Made by a program: the position numbers and the translations under genes. Source: a virus (Duplodnaviria > Caudoviricetes). Taken from it: a stretch of 64,000 nucleotides of DNA. The notes under the pieces are model-generated. The model searched no databases. It had not been told where the DNA came from and saw nothing but the letters and a program-made list of their open reading frames with translations. This document shows, piece after piece, positions 1 through 8,124 of this stretch. The number at the start of each line of letters is the position of its first letter. The stretch's first letter is position 1. The stretch is from positions 1,689 to 65,688 of the IMG/VR virus record IMGVR_UViG_3300025872_000002. One strand, given 5' to 3'.

Positions 1-107
1 TATGTGGGCAGTTCCGCGAGGAAGGCCGGTGTGTTGTCCTGCTGCATGTTCATCTCCAGAGTTGATGCCGCCCCCGGGATAGGGGGCGGCTAAGTTGAGA
101 AAGGGAA

Positions 108-1079
108 TTAAGCGAGAGCGAGAACCAGATCAACAGCGCGTTGCTTCATGTCTGCACCCGGACCCCACTGGGCGGAGACGAAGCGGTTCTCATCGGAGCG
201 AGCGCGAGTCCAGTGATCGATGTACTCGGTCACCGCATTCACATAGCCCCAGCCGGTGCCGTGCACCCCGTCGATATCGGCACCCTTGCCTGCGCCATCG
301 AACAGATCGAGGATCTTGTTGTACCCCGCAGAGGCGATGACCTTCTCGCCTCCACCCAACACCATCTCGGTCAGCTCCTCGGCCTTGGTGGTATCGACAG
401 GGATGTTCGCTAGGCGTGTGATCTGATGACGGAACGCCTCCCACGCTGCTTCGTTCAAACCCATGAACTGCTTGACCTCCTCGGGATCGAACTCGGTGCG
501 GTGGCTGATCTTCACCCAAGGCTGACCCTCTGATGCCGCCATCGCAAGGGTGTTGCGGCACACCACGCGGATGGTTGTGCGCCGTGCCTCGGTTCGTTGC
601 GAACCGTCTGCGCTTGTGGACAAAAGAAGGTACCCGCCGATCTTATCCCTGACACTGGTCGGGCTGGCCTCCCCGATCTTGGCTGTCGCCCAGAACCTGC
701 GGCCTCCGTAGATCGTGCCTGCTGCTGACAACTCGAGACCACCGACCTTCACAATGTCACGGAAGAACTCGATGACCTGCTCAGGCTGCACGACCTTGTA
801 GGAATCGCTGACCACACCGAGTGCGTCCTTGGTGTCACTGCGAAGCAGCACGTGCTTGTCCGGGATCTCCCGCATGGGAACCGACGGATCGTGAGAGACG
901 GGATAGCGAACCTTGGCACGCTGGATCTTCCAGTTCATACCTGCGGCAGCACGCCACTCGTCGATGCTGGCGTGATCATCCATCGGCTGGCCCAGCCCGT
1001 GCCAAGGCAGTCCGTCGGACTTGAGATAGGCGAATTCAACTTGCTTGGTGACGGCGTTCGTGGTGAGTTCGTGTGACAT
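108..1079 (-). CDS. DUF932-family phage/plasmid protein (TIGR03299-like)
   Basis: Motifs PWHGLG, LGVVSDSYKVVQ, YLLLSTSADGS, IRVVCRNTL, GTGWGYVNAVTEYIDH; RBS AAGGAG upstream. Confidence 0.85.
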   Translation of the reverse strand: MSHELTTNAVTKQVEFAYLKSDGLPWHGLGQPMDDHASIDEWRAAAGMNWKIQRAKVRYPVSHDPSVPMREIPDKHVLLRSDTKDALGVVSDSYKVVQPEQVIEFFRDIVKVGGLELSAAGTIYGGRRFWATAKIGEASPTSVRDKIGGYLLLSTSADGSQRTEARRTTIRVVCRNTLAMAASEGQPWVKISHRTEFDPEEVKQFMGLNEAAWEAFRHQITRLANIPVDTTKAEELTEMVLGGGEKVIASAGYNKILDLFDGAGKGADIDGVHGTGWGYVNAVTEYIDHWTRARSDENRFVSAQWGPGADMKQRAVDLVLALA

Positions 1080-1138
1080 GGTACTTCTCCTTTATGTGAT
1101 GCTGCTTTCGAGCAGCGACTTGTCGACATACTACAGAT

Positions 1139-1162
1139 AAAGAAAGGGGGGTGCAACCCCCC
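1139..1162 (-). terminator. Putative intrinsic terminator
   Basis: Minus strand GGGGGG-TTGCA-CCCCCC followed by TTTCTTT, just after the stop of 1171..1674. Confidence 0.6.
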
Positions 1163-1170
1163 GGTACTGC

Positions 1171-1674
1171 TTACTGCCGAGCGATCCTGAGTTCCGACAA
1201 CATCTCGTCGATGGCGTCGTTGACTGCCTCCTCGAGCATGTCGCCGCTCAATACCTCCTGCACCTGCTCATTCCAGTCGATCTCGTTGAGTGCTTCCTCG
1301 ATGAGATGGTTGACTTGGTCGCCGGTGATGGCGTCCTCGTGCCATCCCTCCAAGACATCGATGCGTTGGTTCGTTGCCTCCATGACTGACTCGAAGTGGC
1401 GCATCATGTCTTCAGAGGTAGCGATACCCGGAGAACGCTGCTCGAAAGCCACGACACGGTCGGTTAGGTTTTGGCCTGTGTGTGCTGACCACGTCTCGAG
1501 TGCACGGATCCTCGCTGTAAGCTCTGGCCCCGTGGTTAGCATAGATTTCTCCAACTCCGACAGGCGGTTGTCGAGGCTGCTAGCGATCTCACTGAGTCGA
1601 TCTTCGAGTGGCTTGATCGCCTGCTCGACGGCTTGGGTGAGGGCTTGAGAGATGATGGTGTTGAGATCAAACAT
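1171..1674 (-). CDS. Hypothetical acidic coiled-coil protein
   Basis: 167-aa ORF, RBS AAGGAG, heptad-like LEDRLSEIASSLDNRLSELEK. Confidence 0.75.
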   Translation of the reverse strand: MFDLNTIISQALTQAVEQAIKPLEDRLSEIASSLDNRLSELEKSMLTTGPELTARIRALETWSAHTGQNLTDRVVAFEQRSPGIATSEDMMRHFESVMEATNQRIDVLEGWHEDAITGDQVNHLIEEALNEIDWNEQVQEVLSGDMLEEAVNDAIDEMLSELRIARQ

Positions 1675-1692
1675 GGTACTGCTCCTTGAGAT

Positions 1693-1714
1693 AAAGAAGG
1701 GGGCCGAAGCCCCC
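1693..1714 (-). terminator. Putative intrinsic terminator (cUUCGg hairpin)
   Basis: Minus strand GGGGGC-TTCG-GCCCCC then TTCTTT; nearly identical to the hairpin after the capsid gene. Confidence 0.65.
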
Positions 1715-1740
1715 GGTTGAAACGGGACGGGTGTCCCGGA

Positions 1741-2418
1741 TTAGTGCGCCTCGTAAGACACGAGGGTGTCGCGTGCCCAGCAGGTACGGCAACTGTCGCA
1801 GCGGCCCTGCTGCGCAGGGGCGGCACAGCGCTCGCCGATAGGCTTGGCTTGCTTGCTGTGGACATTCGATGCGGTGATGCCACGGATACCCCGGAGGGAC
1901 TTGGGGATGACGACGGGCTTGTCGATGTACATCGCAGACAGGCGGATGACTAGGTTAGGCGGCACGGCATCAACCCCCCATCTAGAAACAAAAGACTTCA
2001 CAATCCCGTACTCCCTCGTCGGCAACCAATGCTTGGTGCGTGGCGTGCGCCTGCATACCTCAGCGATCATCTCGAGGTGAAGCCGGGACTGTATGTCGCC
2101 TGCGTCGAGCCAGCGGAAGTACGGATCGGATCCGATGAGTGCTGTTATGCCCGCGATCCAGAAGTCTGGTTCGTCGAGTGCCGCGAGTCGGGCATGCTGC
2201 GCAGGCTCGATGGTGGCGTGGTACTTGGCGTAGTTGCCCTTGTCTGCGTAGCACTTGGAGCAGATGGAACCTTTGACCTGCGCCATGTACCAACCTGTCT
2301 GGCATGCCGCCACCGGGATAGACCACGACTTACAGGGCATCTTGGTGGTCTGCGTGAGACCGCCTGTGGCTGCGATGGCGTCCTTCTTGCGGGTGAAGGT
2401 GATGGTTTGGAATTGCAT
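1741..2418 (-). CDS. GP88-like Cys-rich phage protein
   Basis: KMPCKSWSIP, C...CSKCYA, YFRWLDAGD, HWLPTRE, NLVIRLS, C-terminal CDSCRTCW. Confidence 0.7.
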   Translation of the reverse strand: MQFQTITFTRKKDAIAATGGLTQTTKMPCKSWSIPVAACQTGWYMAQVKGSICSKCYADKGNYAKYHATIEPAQHARLAALDEPDFWIAGITALIGSDPYFRWLDAGDIQSRLHLEMIAEVCRRTPRTKHWLPTREYGIVKSFVSRWGVDAVPPNLVIRLSAMYIDKPVVIPKSLRGIRGITASNVHSKQAKPIGERCAAPAQQGRCDSCRTCWARDTLVSYEAH

Positions 2419-2461
2419 GTGTACTCTCCTTGGTTGTGCCCCCGTGAGGGGGCGGTTGGGT

Positions 2462-2650
2462 TTACTCGATCCGATCTCTGACCCACGTCACGAGCAGGTG
2501 GGCGTCCAGCGCTGCGTCCTTGATCGCCTCGAAGAACTCCGGCGTGTAGTCACCCGGGTTGTCGAGGTAGTTGTTCATGTCGTTGGCAATAGACATGGTG
2601 AGGTTGTGCAGGTGACGTAGCGCGTCGTGTATGTTCTTGGGCTGTTGCAT
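2462..2650 (-). CDS. Hypothetical protein (62 aa)
   Basis: Start moved to ATG 2650, behind AAGGAGAG. Confidence 0.7.
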   Translation of the reverse strand: MQQPKNIHDALRHLHNLTMSIANDMNNYLDNPGDYTPEFFEAIKDAALDAHLLVTWVRDRIE

Positions 2651-2711
2651 GGTGACTCTCCTTGGTTGGTGAAGGTTCATACCGGGACGAGTGTCCCGGT
2701 TTCTCAGGAAG

Positions 2712-3071
2712 TTAGATGCCGTTTGCCGGGAAGCCGTCCTCGCCTGTGACGAGGTAGCCGCCAATGCACTGGCACTTGAACCCGTTGGCGCAGTCGATCA
2801 GCACGACACCCGCATCGCCGTGTGAGTCTTCCTCGGTTAGTTGTTTAGTTTCATTCCATACCCCAAACCCGAGGTTGCCATCGTCATCGCCTATGCACTC
2901 CTGCACCAGCCTTGCCGTGGCGTAGTCAAGGTCGCCGCCACGCCCGACCATACGCACGGCTAAGTTACGCACGATCTCCGGGGCACGGTAGCCTGACCAA
3001 TGGCAGTAAACGATAGGACCGACTTTGTTGTTGACGCTGTCGATAACCTGAAACAAAACACGATCACCCAT
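2712..3071 (-). CDS. Hypothetical phage protein
   Basis: MGDR...VYCHWSG; strong RBS. Confidence 0.75.
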   Translation of the reverse strand: MGDRVLFQVIDSVNNKVGPIVYCHWSGYRAPEIVRNLAVRMVGRGGDLDYATARLVQECIGDDDGNLGFGVWNETKQLTEEDSHGDAGVVLIDCANGFKCQCIGGYLVTGEDGFPANGI

Positions 3072-3387
3072 GATGTACTCTCCTTGAAAAACCGGGACGT
3101 GTGTCCCGGATTGCCTTACTCACTACTCGCTTGCCGTTCTCGTACTCGACAGCGTCCAGCACGAAGGCACCCTTGACCTGCGGGCGGTAGAACTGGATCT
3201 CATAGCGGGTGTCTTTATCTCCCGGCACATACCAGATCCAATACGTCATCTTCTGCTTGTCCATCTCCTTGATCAGCGTGGGCAGGCTGTCCCCTGTGCG
3301 CCACTCGAAGATGTTGTGCACGAGGAAGTGGAAGGTGGGCTGCTCGATGGGCACGAGGTTCTCGGTCATGTCGATGTACTCAGCCAT
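3064..3387 (-). CDS. Hypothetical protein
   Basis: RBS AAGGAGAG; overlaps the next gene start. Confidence 0.7.
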   Translation of the reverse strand: MAEYIDMTENLVPIEQPTFHFLVHNIFEWRTGDSLPTLIKEMDKQKMTYWIWYVPGDKDTRYEIQFYRPQVKGAFVLDAVEYENGKRVVSKAIRDTRPGFSRRVHHG

Positions 3388-3406
3388 GATTACTCTCCTT
3401 GGTTGG

Positions 3407-3769
3407 TTAGATCAGTTCTTGGGGGACTTCAACCTCTTCGCCCAGCTTGCTCGCAACGTAGCAGCGCATGGCTGCGATCAGGGGAGTGGGTCCGCTTTCA
3501 AGTGGGTCATATGTCCATTTCTCTGCTTGAGTCCGAGCAACCCATTGCAAACCATCGGGCTGCATGCCATTGCAGATAGTCTCGATTTGCTCCCGCTCAA
3601 TGATCGGCCCGCCTTGGGACCAGTCGGCATGGGGTTTCCACTGCCACTTACGTCCTATGTTGTGGGGGTCTGCCCAAAAGTTGCCGGCGTAAAACTCCAC
3701 GGCTACCCCTTCACACTTCGCCACCGCCCAGTCGAGGGCGGCACCAGTCAGTTCGCTTGTCTTCATCAT
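3407..3769 (-). CDS. NinX/DUF2591-family phage protein
   Basis: KTSELTGAALDWAVA, WSQGGPIIERE, GPTPLIAAMRCYVASKLGEEVEVP. Confidence 0.8.
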   Translation of the reverse strand: MMKTSELTGAALDWAVAKCEGVAVEFYAGNFWADPHNIGRKWQWKPHADWSQGGPIIEREQIETICNGMQPDGLQWVARTQAEKWTYDPLESGPTPLIAAMRCYVASKLGEEVEVPQELI

Positions 3770-3820
3770 TACTCTCCTTGAAAAAGCCGGGACATGTGTC
3801 CCGGCGGTTGGTTGAACTAC

Positions 3821-4285
3821 TTATTCGCAGACGATCTCGCGAATTTCTTCCTCGACCACACGCTGGCGTGTGCCTGTGACGACGATCCTGCACGTCGGTG
3901 AGTCGCTCTTAACGTAGGCGTAGATGCCGATACGGAAGGTCAACCCGCTCGGGTGTTTATGGGTGAAGTGGAAGTCCCGGTTGGGCTGCTCGTAGGTAGA
4001 GTCTGAGGTGTATGCCTCCCAGTCCGCGAACTTCTCGAGCAGGCGTGTGAGCTTCTTGTCCTTGAACGAGTCGAGGTCACGCAGCGACAGACTCATGCGC
4101 AGCACACTTCCCCAGACCTCCGCTGAGACCAAAATGCGCTGGCGCAGCGACGGGGGGAACATCTCGTAGACCTGCTTGATCTCCGGAGACAGCGAGCGGA
4201 GCGTGTTGTCGAACTCTTTGTACTTCTTGGCGTCTGCACGCAGGGACAGACGGGCGTTGTGAAGCTTGGATGTGATGAACGACAT
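3821..4285 (-). CDS. Hypothetical protein
   Basis: Start at ATG 4285 behind GAGGAGAAG. Confidence 0.7.
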   Translation of the reverse strand: MSFITSKLHNARLSLRADAKKYKEFDNTLRSLSPEIKQVYEMFPPSLRQRILVSAEVWGSVLRMSLSLRDLDSFKDKKLTRLLEKFADWEAYTSDSTYEQPNRDFHFTHKHPSGLTFRIGIYAYVKSDSPTCRIVVTGTRQRVVEEEIREIVCE

Positions 4286-4375
4286 GGTACTTCTCCTCGA
4301 AAAGGGGCGTTGATGTGTGCCCCGGGTTGAAACCGGGACAGTTGTCCCGGAAAAAGAAGGCGACACTGGTCGCCG

Positions 4376-4471
4376 CTACTTTGCTAAATGCTCAACGAAC
4401 TGCCACGTCCAGAACGCCACGGTGATGGCGAGCAGCGTGGCTGCGAGAATCTCTTTGTTCTTGCGGTTCAT
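4376..4471 (-). CDS. Small single-TM peptide (31 aa), not in ORF track
   Basis: MNRKNKEILAATLLAITVAFWTWQFVEHLAK; ATGA-coupled to the upstream gene. Confidence 0.55.
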   Translation of the reverse strand: MNRKNKEILAATLLAITVAFWTWQFVEHLAK

Positions 4472-4659
4472 TGCGTCCACTCCAGCTCAAGCAAGTCTGC
4501 GACATAGCCATCGTAGAGGTAGGCCACAGCCTGCCAAACGCTGTCCTCTACGGAGTTGAACTCCCGCAGTAACGTGTACGCCTCGCGGAAGTAGTTCTCG
4601 TCACCACGAGCTCTTGCGTACCGTTCTGCCCGTTTCAAAAACTCCATCGTGTTATCCAT
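4468..4659 (-). CDS. Hypothetical protein (63 aa)
   Basis: ATG 4659 with GGAGAAG RBS. Confidence 0.65.
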   Translation of the reverse strand: MDNTMEFLKRAERYARARGDENYFREAYTLLREFNSVEDSVWQAVAYLYDGYVADLLELEWTQ

Positions 4660-4660
4660 T

Positions 4661-4834
4661 TCACTTCTCCATACACTTGTTGAACCAAAACTCCCGTGCC
4701 CATTGAGCCTGTAACAGCTCCAGAAAACCATTGCCAAAGTCAATCAGGCCGGGGTACTTGCGAGCGGCAACGTCGAACGCGTACCTAGTGCGGTGCTCGA
4801 TGTACTCGCGAAACTCTTTGTCGATGTCGTCCAT
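4661..4834 (-). CDS. Hypothetical protein (57 aa), not in ORF track
   Basis: MDDIDKEFREYIEHRTRYAF...; RBS AAGGAGAAG; fills the gap exactly. Confidence 0.65.
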   Translation of the reverse strand: MDDIDKEFREYIEHRTRYAFDVAARKYPGLIDFGNGFLELLQAQWAREFWFNKCMEK

Positions 4835-4845
4835 TACTTCTCCTT

Positions 4846-5610
4846 TCAGATTGTCGGGCTACGCCCGGGTAGGCGCTGCATGAGCAGCGTGTGATGTAAC
4901 TGGCTGAGCTTCTGTCGTTCGTCCTCCTTCAATAGGTGTGTCCAGTTGGACACGGGTGGGATGGGTGCGTCGGGTGCCGTGTCGAGCAGGTGCTCGAGCG
5001 TGTCGATGGCATTGGCGAGCGCCTGTGTCTTGGCTTCGTAGAAGTTCACCGCATGCAGGTTGCACGCAGCCCGGAGGTGCCGTCGGGATACTCGACAGCT
5101 TTGCTTGAGCGTGAGGAGCATGGCCGTGATGGGGTGTGTGCGTAGGTAGTTCTCCTTCTCGTTCCTGCGATCCCGCTTGATGCGGTTCGTTCGGCAGCGC
5201 TTACAGTAGGCGTTGGTCACCCACCTGATCGTGCGCTTGGTGTGCCAGCCGTAGACTTTCCTCTGCCCGTCGGTCGCCTGCATCAGGAACTCGCGGTCAG
5301 GCTGTATGCGCTTGCACTTGGGACACATGCGGTGATCGGGGGGCATCTCGATAGTGGGCGTCAGCTTTGGTCTGGTCTTCGACCAACCCGCATGCGTCCG
5401 TGCCTTCTCACACAGGCGGATGAACTTAGGGGCGGGGAGGACGTCGACGTCCTTGGTGTGGCGCAGGTGCTCGAGGGTCTGCACGAGCAGGTGATAGGTC
5501 TCGTGTCTGGGCGTGCCCTCTATGGCGTGCAAGCGCTGGGCTTTGCACCATGCAAGCATCTCAGAAAGCGGGACAATGTCCCGTCCCATTAGTATTGATC
5601 GCAGTCGCAT
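4846..5610 (-). CDS. Basic protein with zinc finger (CPKC...CKRC)
   Basis: Start ATG 5610 behind AAAGGAG; two CxxC pairs. Confidence 0.7.
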   Translation of the reverse strand: MRLRSILMGRDIVPLSEMLAWCKAQRLHAIEGTPRHETYHLLVQTLEHLRHTKDVDVLPAPKFIRLCEKARTHAGWSKTRPKLTPTIEMPPDHRMCPKCKRIQPDREFLMQATDGQRKVYGWHTKRTIRWVTNAYCKRCRTNRIKRDRRNEKENYLRTHPITAMLLTLKQSCRVSRRHLRAACNLHAVNFYEAKTQALANAIDTLEHLLDTAPDAPIPPVSNWTHLLKEDERQKLSQLHHTLLMQRLPGRSPTI

Positions 5611-5715
5611 GAAGAATCTCCTTTGAAAACAAGAGGTTAGAGAAAGCAACGGGAATACATAGGTGCAGGTGGTCCAGTGTAATCCTATTCTGTACATGCC
5701 CGCAAGTTGGCGGAG

Positions 5716-5926
5716 AGCTAGGCGTGGTGCGGGTTGCGGGGGTTGCACACCTAGCTAGATGCCGTTTTTGGCACAACTAACCAAAGAGAAAAAGTTTCTT
5801 TCAAGCACACAAAAAGAAACAAGGAAAAAGCATGCACGTAGAGAGATATCTATAAATATAAATATATATATAGATATAGTATAGGTAGTAGGTGCGCGCT
5901 GTTGGAGACCCGCACCACGCCTAGCT
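5716..5926. repeat. 19-bp perfect inverted repeat flanking an AT-rich core; candidate replication origin
   Basis: AGCTAGGCGTGGTGCGGGT (5716-5734) / ACCCGCACCACGCCTAGCT (5908-5926); core has A-tracts and a TATA-rich stretch at 5846-5883. Confidence 0.75.
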
Positions 5927-6005
5927 TTGCGCGTGGGTAGTGGCGCGGGGTGAATGGGATTTCGGTGGACCACTTTCTGATGGGATATTTTCCCATGTCG
6001 CTGGG

Positions 6006-6356
6006 CTAGTAGTTGTAGCCCACGGTGGTACGCAGCACGACGTGCCGTCCCTTCCTGCTGATGACACGCGTGTCATACGATGCGCAGCCACAGCAGTCGT
6101 GCTCGCAGGCGCAGCCGTGCTTGCTGAATGAGTCCTCGAGAGCACGCACCATCTCGTCCCGGTTTTTCCGGGACAGCTGTCCCGGAAGTTTGACCCAACG
6201 GATGTACGCGCCGCCGTCGTCCATGCCGTTGCCCTCGTCTGTCTCTCGGGCAGGAGAGACTTTGGGGTATCCCTCGAGGGGGCGCCACTCGTCGCGGTGG
6301 GCGTATTCGCCTACGTATTTGTGAGTGAGGCGCAGGGCAATGCATGTTTTGTACAT
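6006..6356 (-). CDS. Hypothetical protein with CxCxHDCCGC metal-binding motif
   Basis: GCACEHDCCGC; RBS AGGAG. Confidence 0.75.
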   Translation of the reverse strand: MYKTCIALRLTHKYVGEYAHRDEWRPLEGYPKVSPARETDEGNGMDDGGAYIRWVKLPGQLSRKNRDEMVRALEDSFSKHGCACEHDCCGCASYDTRVISRKGRHVVLRTTVGYNY

Positions 6357-6397
6357 GGTGATCTCCTAGAAAGAAAAGCGGGACACTTGTCCCGGGT

Positions 6398-6571
6398 TTA
6401 GTCGATGAGGTCGAAGTAGGCGACGTGTCCGTCGGGTTCTTTGAGGCGCACGGGGTTGAGAGCTTGGTCGATGGCATCTGCGAGTTCTTCGTACATGGAG
6501 CCGTCTCCGTTCTCTGAGCCGAGATAGATGGCGGTGGATGGAAGGTCAGCAAAGCGGGTGTACGTTTTCAT
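6398..6571 (-). CDS. Hypothetical protein (57 aa)
   Basis: ATG 6571 behind AGGA and a palindrome. Confidence 0.65.
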   Translation of the reverse strand: MKTYTRFADLPSTAIYLGSENGDGSMYEELADAIDQALNPVRLKEPDGHVAYFDLID

Positions 6572-6661
6572 TTGGTGTCCTAGAAAGAAAAGCGGGACAG
6601 GTGTCCCGGAACAGCGTCCCCACCCTCGCAGGCAGGGACGCACCGGTGGAAAATCCGTCAA

Positions 6662-7054
6662 TCACTTGGCAAAAGCCTGCGCAAGCGCCTTCGCTGCGAG
6701 CGACCGCGCACCCTCGTACTCGTTGGCGAGCTTCGCCAACGCCTGCGCAGCCTTGAGAAGCTCAGCGGGGATCTCGATCTCCTCGCTCTTCGCAGTCTCG
6801 TAGATCGCCTTGACCAGACGCTGCACACGCTTGCGTGCCGTCTCGTACTTGTCAGCGCTCGAGTCGAACACGACCTTCCCGGTGGACTTCGTGATCAGCG
6901 GCACGCGGTAGTGCGTGCTCGCACATTCCTGCGCAAGCGCTTCGAACTTGTCACGCGACATGCGGCCTGCGGCCTTGCGCACTGCGTCGATCGCGCTGTC
7001 CTCGGCATCAGCGCACGAGAAAGCTTTGACGATGAGGGTATTGATTGCAGCCAT
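6662..7054 (-). CDS. Hypothetical Ala/Lys-rich protein, first gene of the leftward operon
   Basis: ATG 7054 behind GGAG. Confidence 0.75.
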   Translation of the reverse strand: MAAINTLIVKAFSCADAEDSAIDAVRKAAGRMSRDKFEALAQECASTHYRVPLITKSTGKVVFDSSADKYETARKRVQRLVKAIYETAKSEEIEIPAELLKAAQALAKLANEYEGARSLAAKALAQAFAK

Positions 7055-7120
7055 GGTACGTCTCCAAAAAGAGGGACATGTGTCCCGGGTTTGTGTTGGC
7101 CGGACTGCCAACGTGATTCC

Positions 7121-7129
7121 ATTATAGCA
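7121..7129 (-). promoter_or_regulatory. Extended -10 sigma70-type promoter for the leftward early operon
   Basis: Minus strand TGC-TATAAT about 65 nt upstream of ATG 7054; no clear -35. Confidence 0.6.
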
Positions 7130-7363
7130 CAGGGGCTTTTTCACGGTATCTTTTTGGGTCGACCCCACCCCCCAAAACTGCAATGAGCCTCTCCGGGACG
7201 CCGCCAGAACACTGTTCCAGACCCACGCAGCCCACTTTTTCCGATCTTTGTAAACTCAACCCCGCGCCTGCAAACACCCCCCGACCTCTTCCCAAACGCC
7301 GACCCCCCACCCCCTATATAAAAAATCTCGGCAACACCTGTAAAAACTTATACAAACCCCCAT

Positions 7364-7393
7364 AAAAAAAGCCCCGCAACTCAGTACGGGGCT
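7364..7393 (-). terminator. Intrinsic terminator on the minus strand
   Basis: AGCCCCG-loop-CGGGGC followed by T7 on the minus strand. Confidence 0.65.
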
Positions 7394-7479
7394 AACTTCT
7401 GAAGGAGTGAACCAAACCATGTCTGTTGCCACACAGACGCAATCGAGTATACACTGTTCATAAATGGGAGCACAGTCTC

Positions 7480-8124
7480 ATGTTTGAGGATCTGATTTCG
7501 TTTTCTCCGGAGCCGGGAGCGGTTGAAGATTTTGTCCCGCTCAAAAAAGCCAAGCCCTCTAATATATTAGAGGCGCAGGTTGCGACGGCAGATTGGTTAA
7601 AAGAGCTGGGGGTTCCCCCAGATGACGCTATTACCGAGCGGCAGGAACAGGCGGCAGCGCGAGAAGCGTTCAACGCCCTGAACTTTAACCCAGACACCGA
7701 CGCGCAAAAGACTGCGTTGGTTGCAATGAAGACGCCTCCGGCGGTTCAGCAGCTTGTCGGCATGCTGACGGCATACGATTGGGAGTTTGTGGAGCGGGCC
7801 AAAGAGCTACGTAGCTATACCGTCTCCAAGATTCTCGAGGAAACCACGCATCCAGACGCCCGGATCAGGCTAAAAGCCTTGCAGATGCTGGGTAACGTCA
7901 CCGAAGTGGCGCTGTTTACTGAGCGCGTGGAAGTGACGAAGAAGGATGTTTCCGAGGAAGAGATCGAAAAGCGGCTGCGAGAAAGGCTGGAGAAGCTCCT
8001 GACGCCGATGGACGGGGCGCTGATCCTAGAAAAACCCGACGCCCCCGCTACAGACACAGAAGAAACCAATCTCGACGACGAGATTGGTGCGGTAGCCGAG
8101 CGTTCGGAGGGGGCGAATGCTTGA
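7480..8124 (+). CDS. Putative terminase small subunit
   Basis: Directly upstream of and overlapping TerL; helical RIRLKALQMLG..V.LF.ERVEV motif; start ATG 7480 behind GGGAG. Confidence 0.65.
   Translation: MFEDLISFSPEPGAVEDFVPLKKAKPSNILEAQVATADWLKELGVPPDDAITERQEQAAAREAFNALNFNPDTDAQKTALVAMKTPPAVQQLVGMLTAYDWEFVERAKELRSYTVSKILEETTHPDARIRLKALQMLGNVTEVALFTERVEVTKKDVSEEEIEKRLRERLEKLLTPMDGALILEKPDAPATDTEETNLDDEIGAVAERSEGANA

Larger units (their letters stand above)
1723..7086. repeat. Dispersed palindrome CGGGAC-N4-GTCCCG, about 10 copies
   Basis: Copies at 1723, 2681, 3091, 3786, 4333, 5569 (N3 spacer), 6166, 6379, 6593 and 7073; eight lie shortly upstream of an RBS. Confidence 0.92.

Noticed and set aside
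5755-5973. 72-aa hydrophobic ORF over the AT-rich element
   Set aside because: Its hydrophobicity is an artefact of the TA-rich sequence; no RBS.
1723-7086. CRISPR array or integron interpretation of the palindromes
   Set aside because: Spacing is irregular (about 200-1200 bp) with whole genes between copies; no cas operon or integron integrase; no attC-type GTTRRRY ends recognised.
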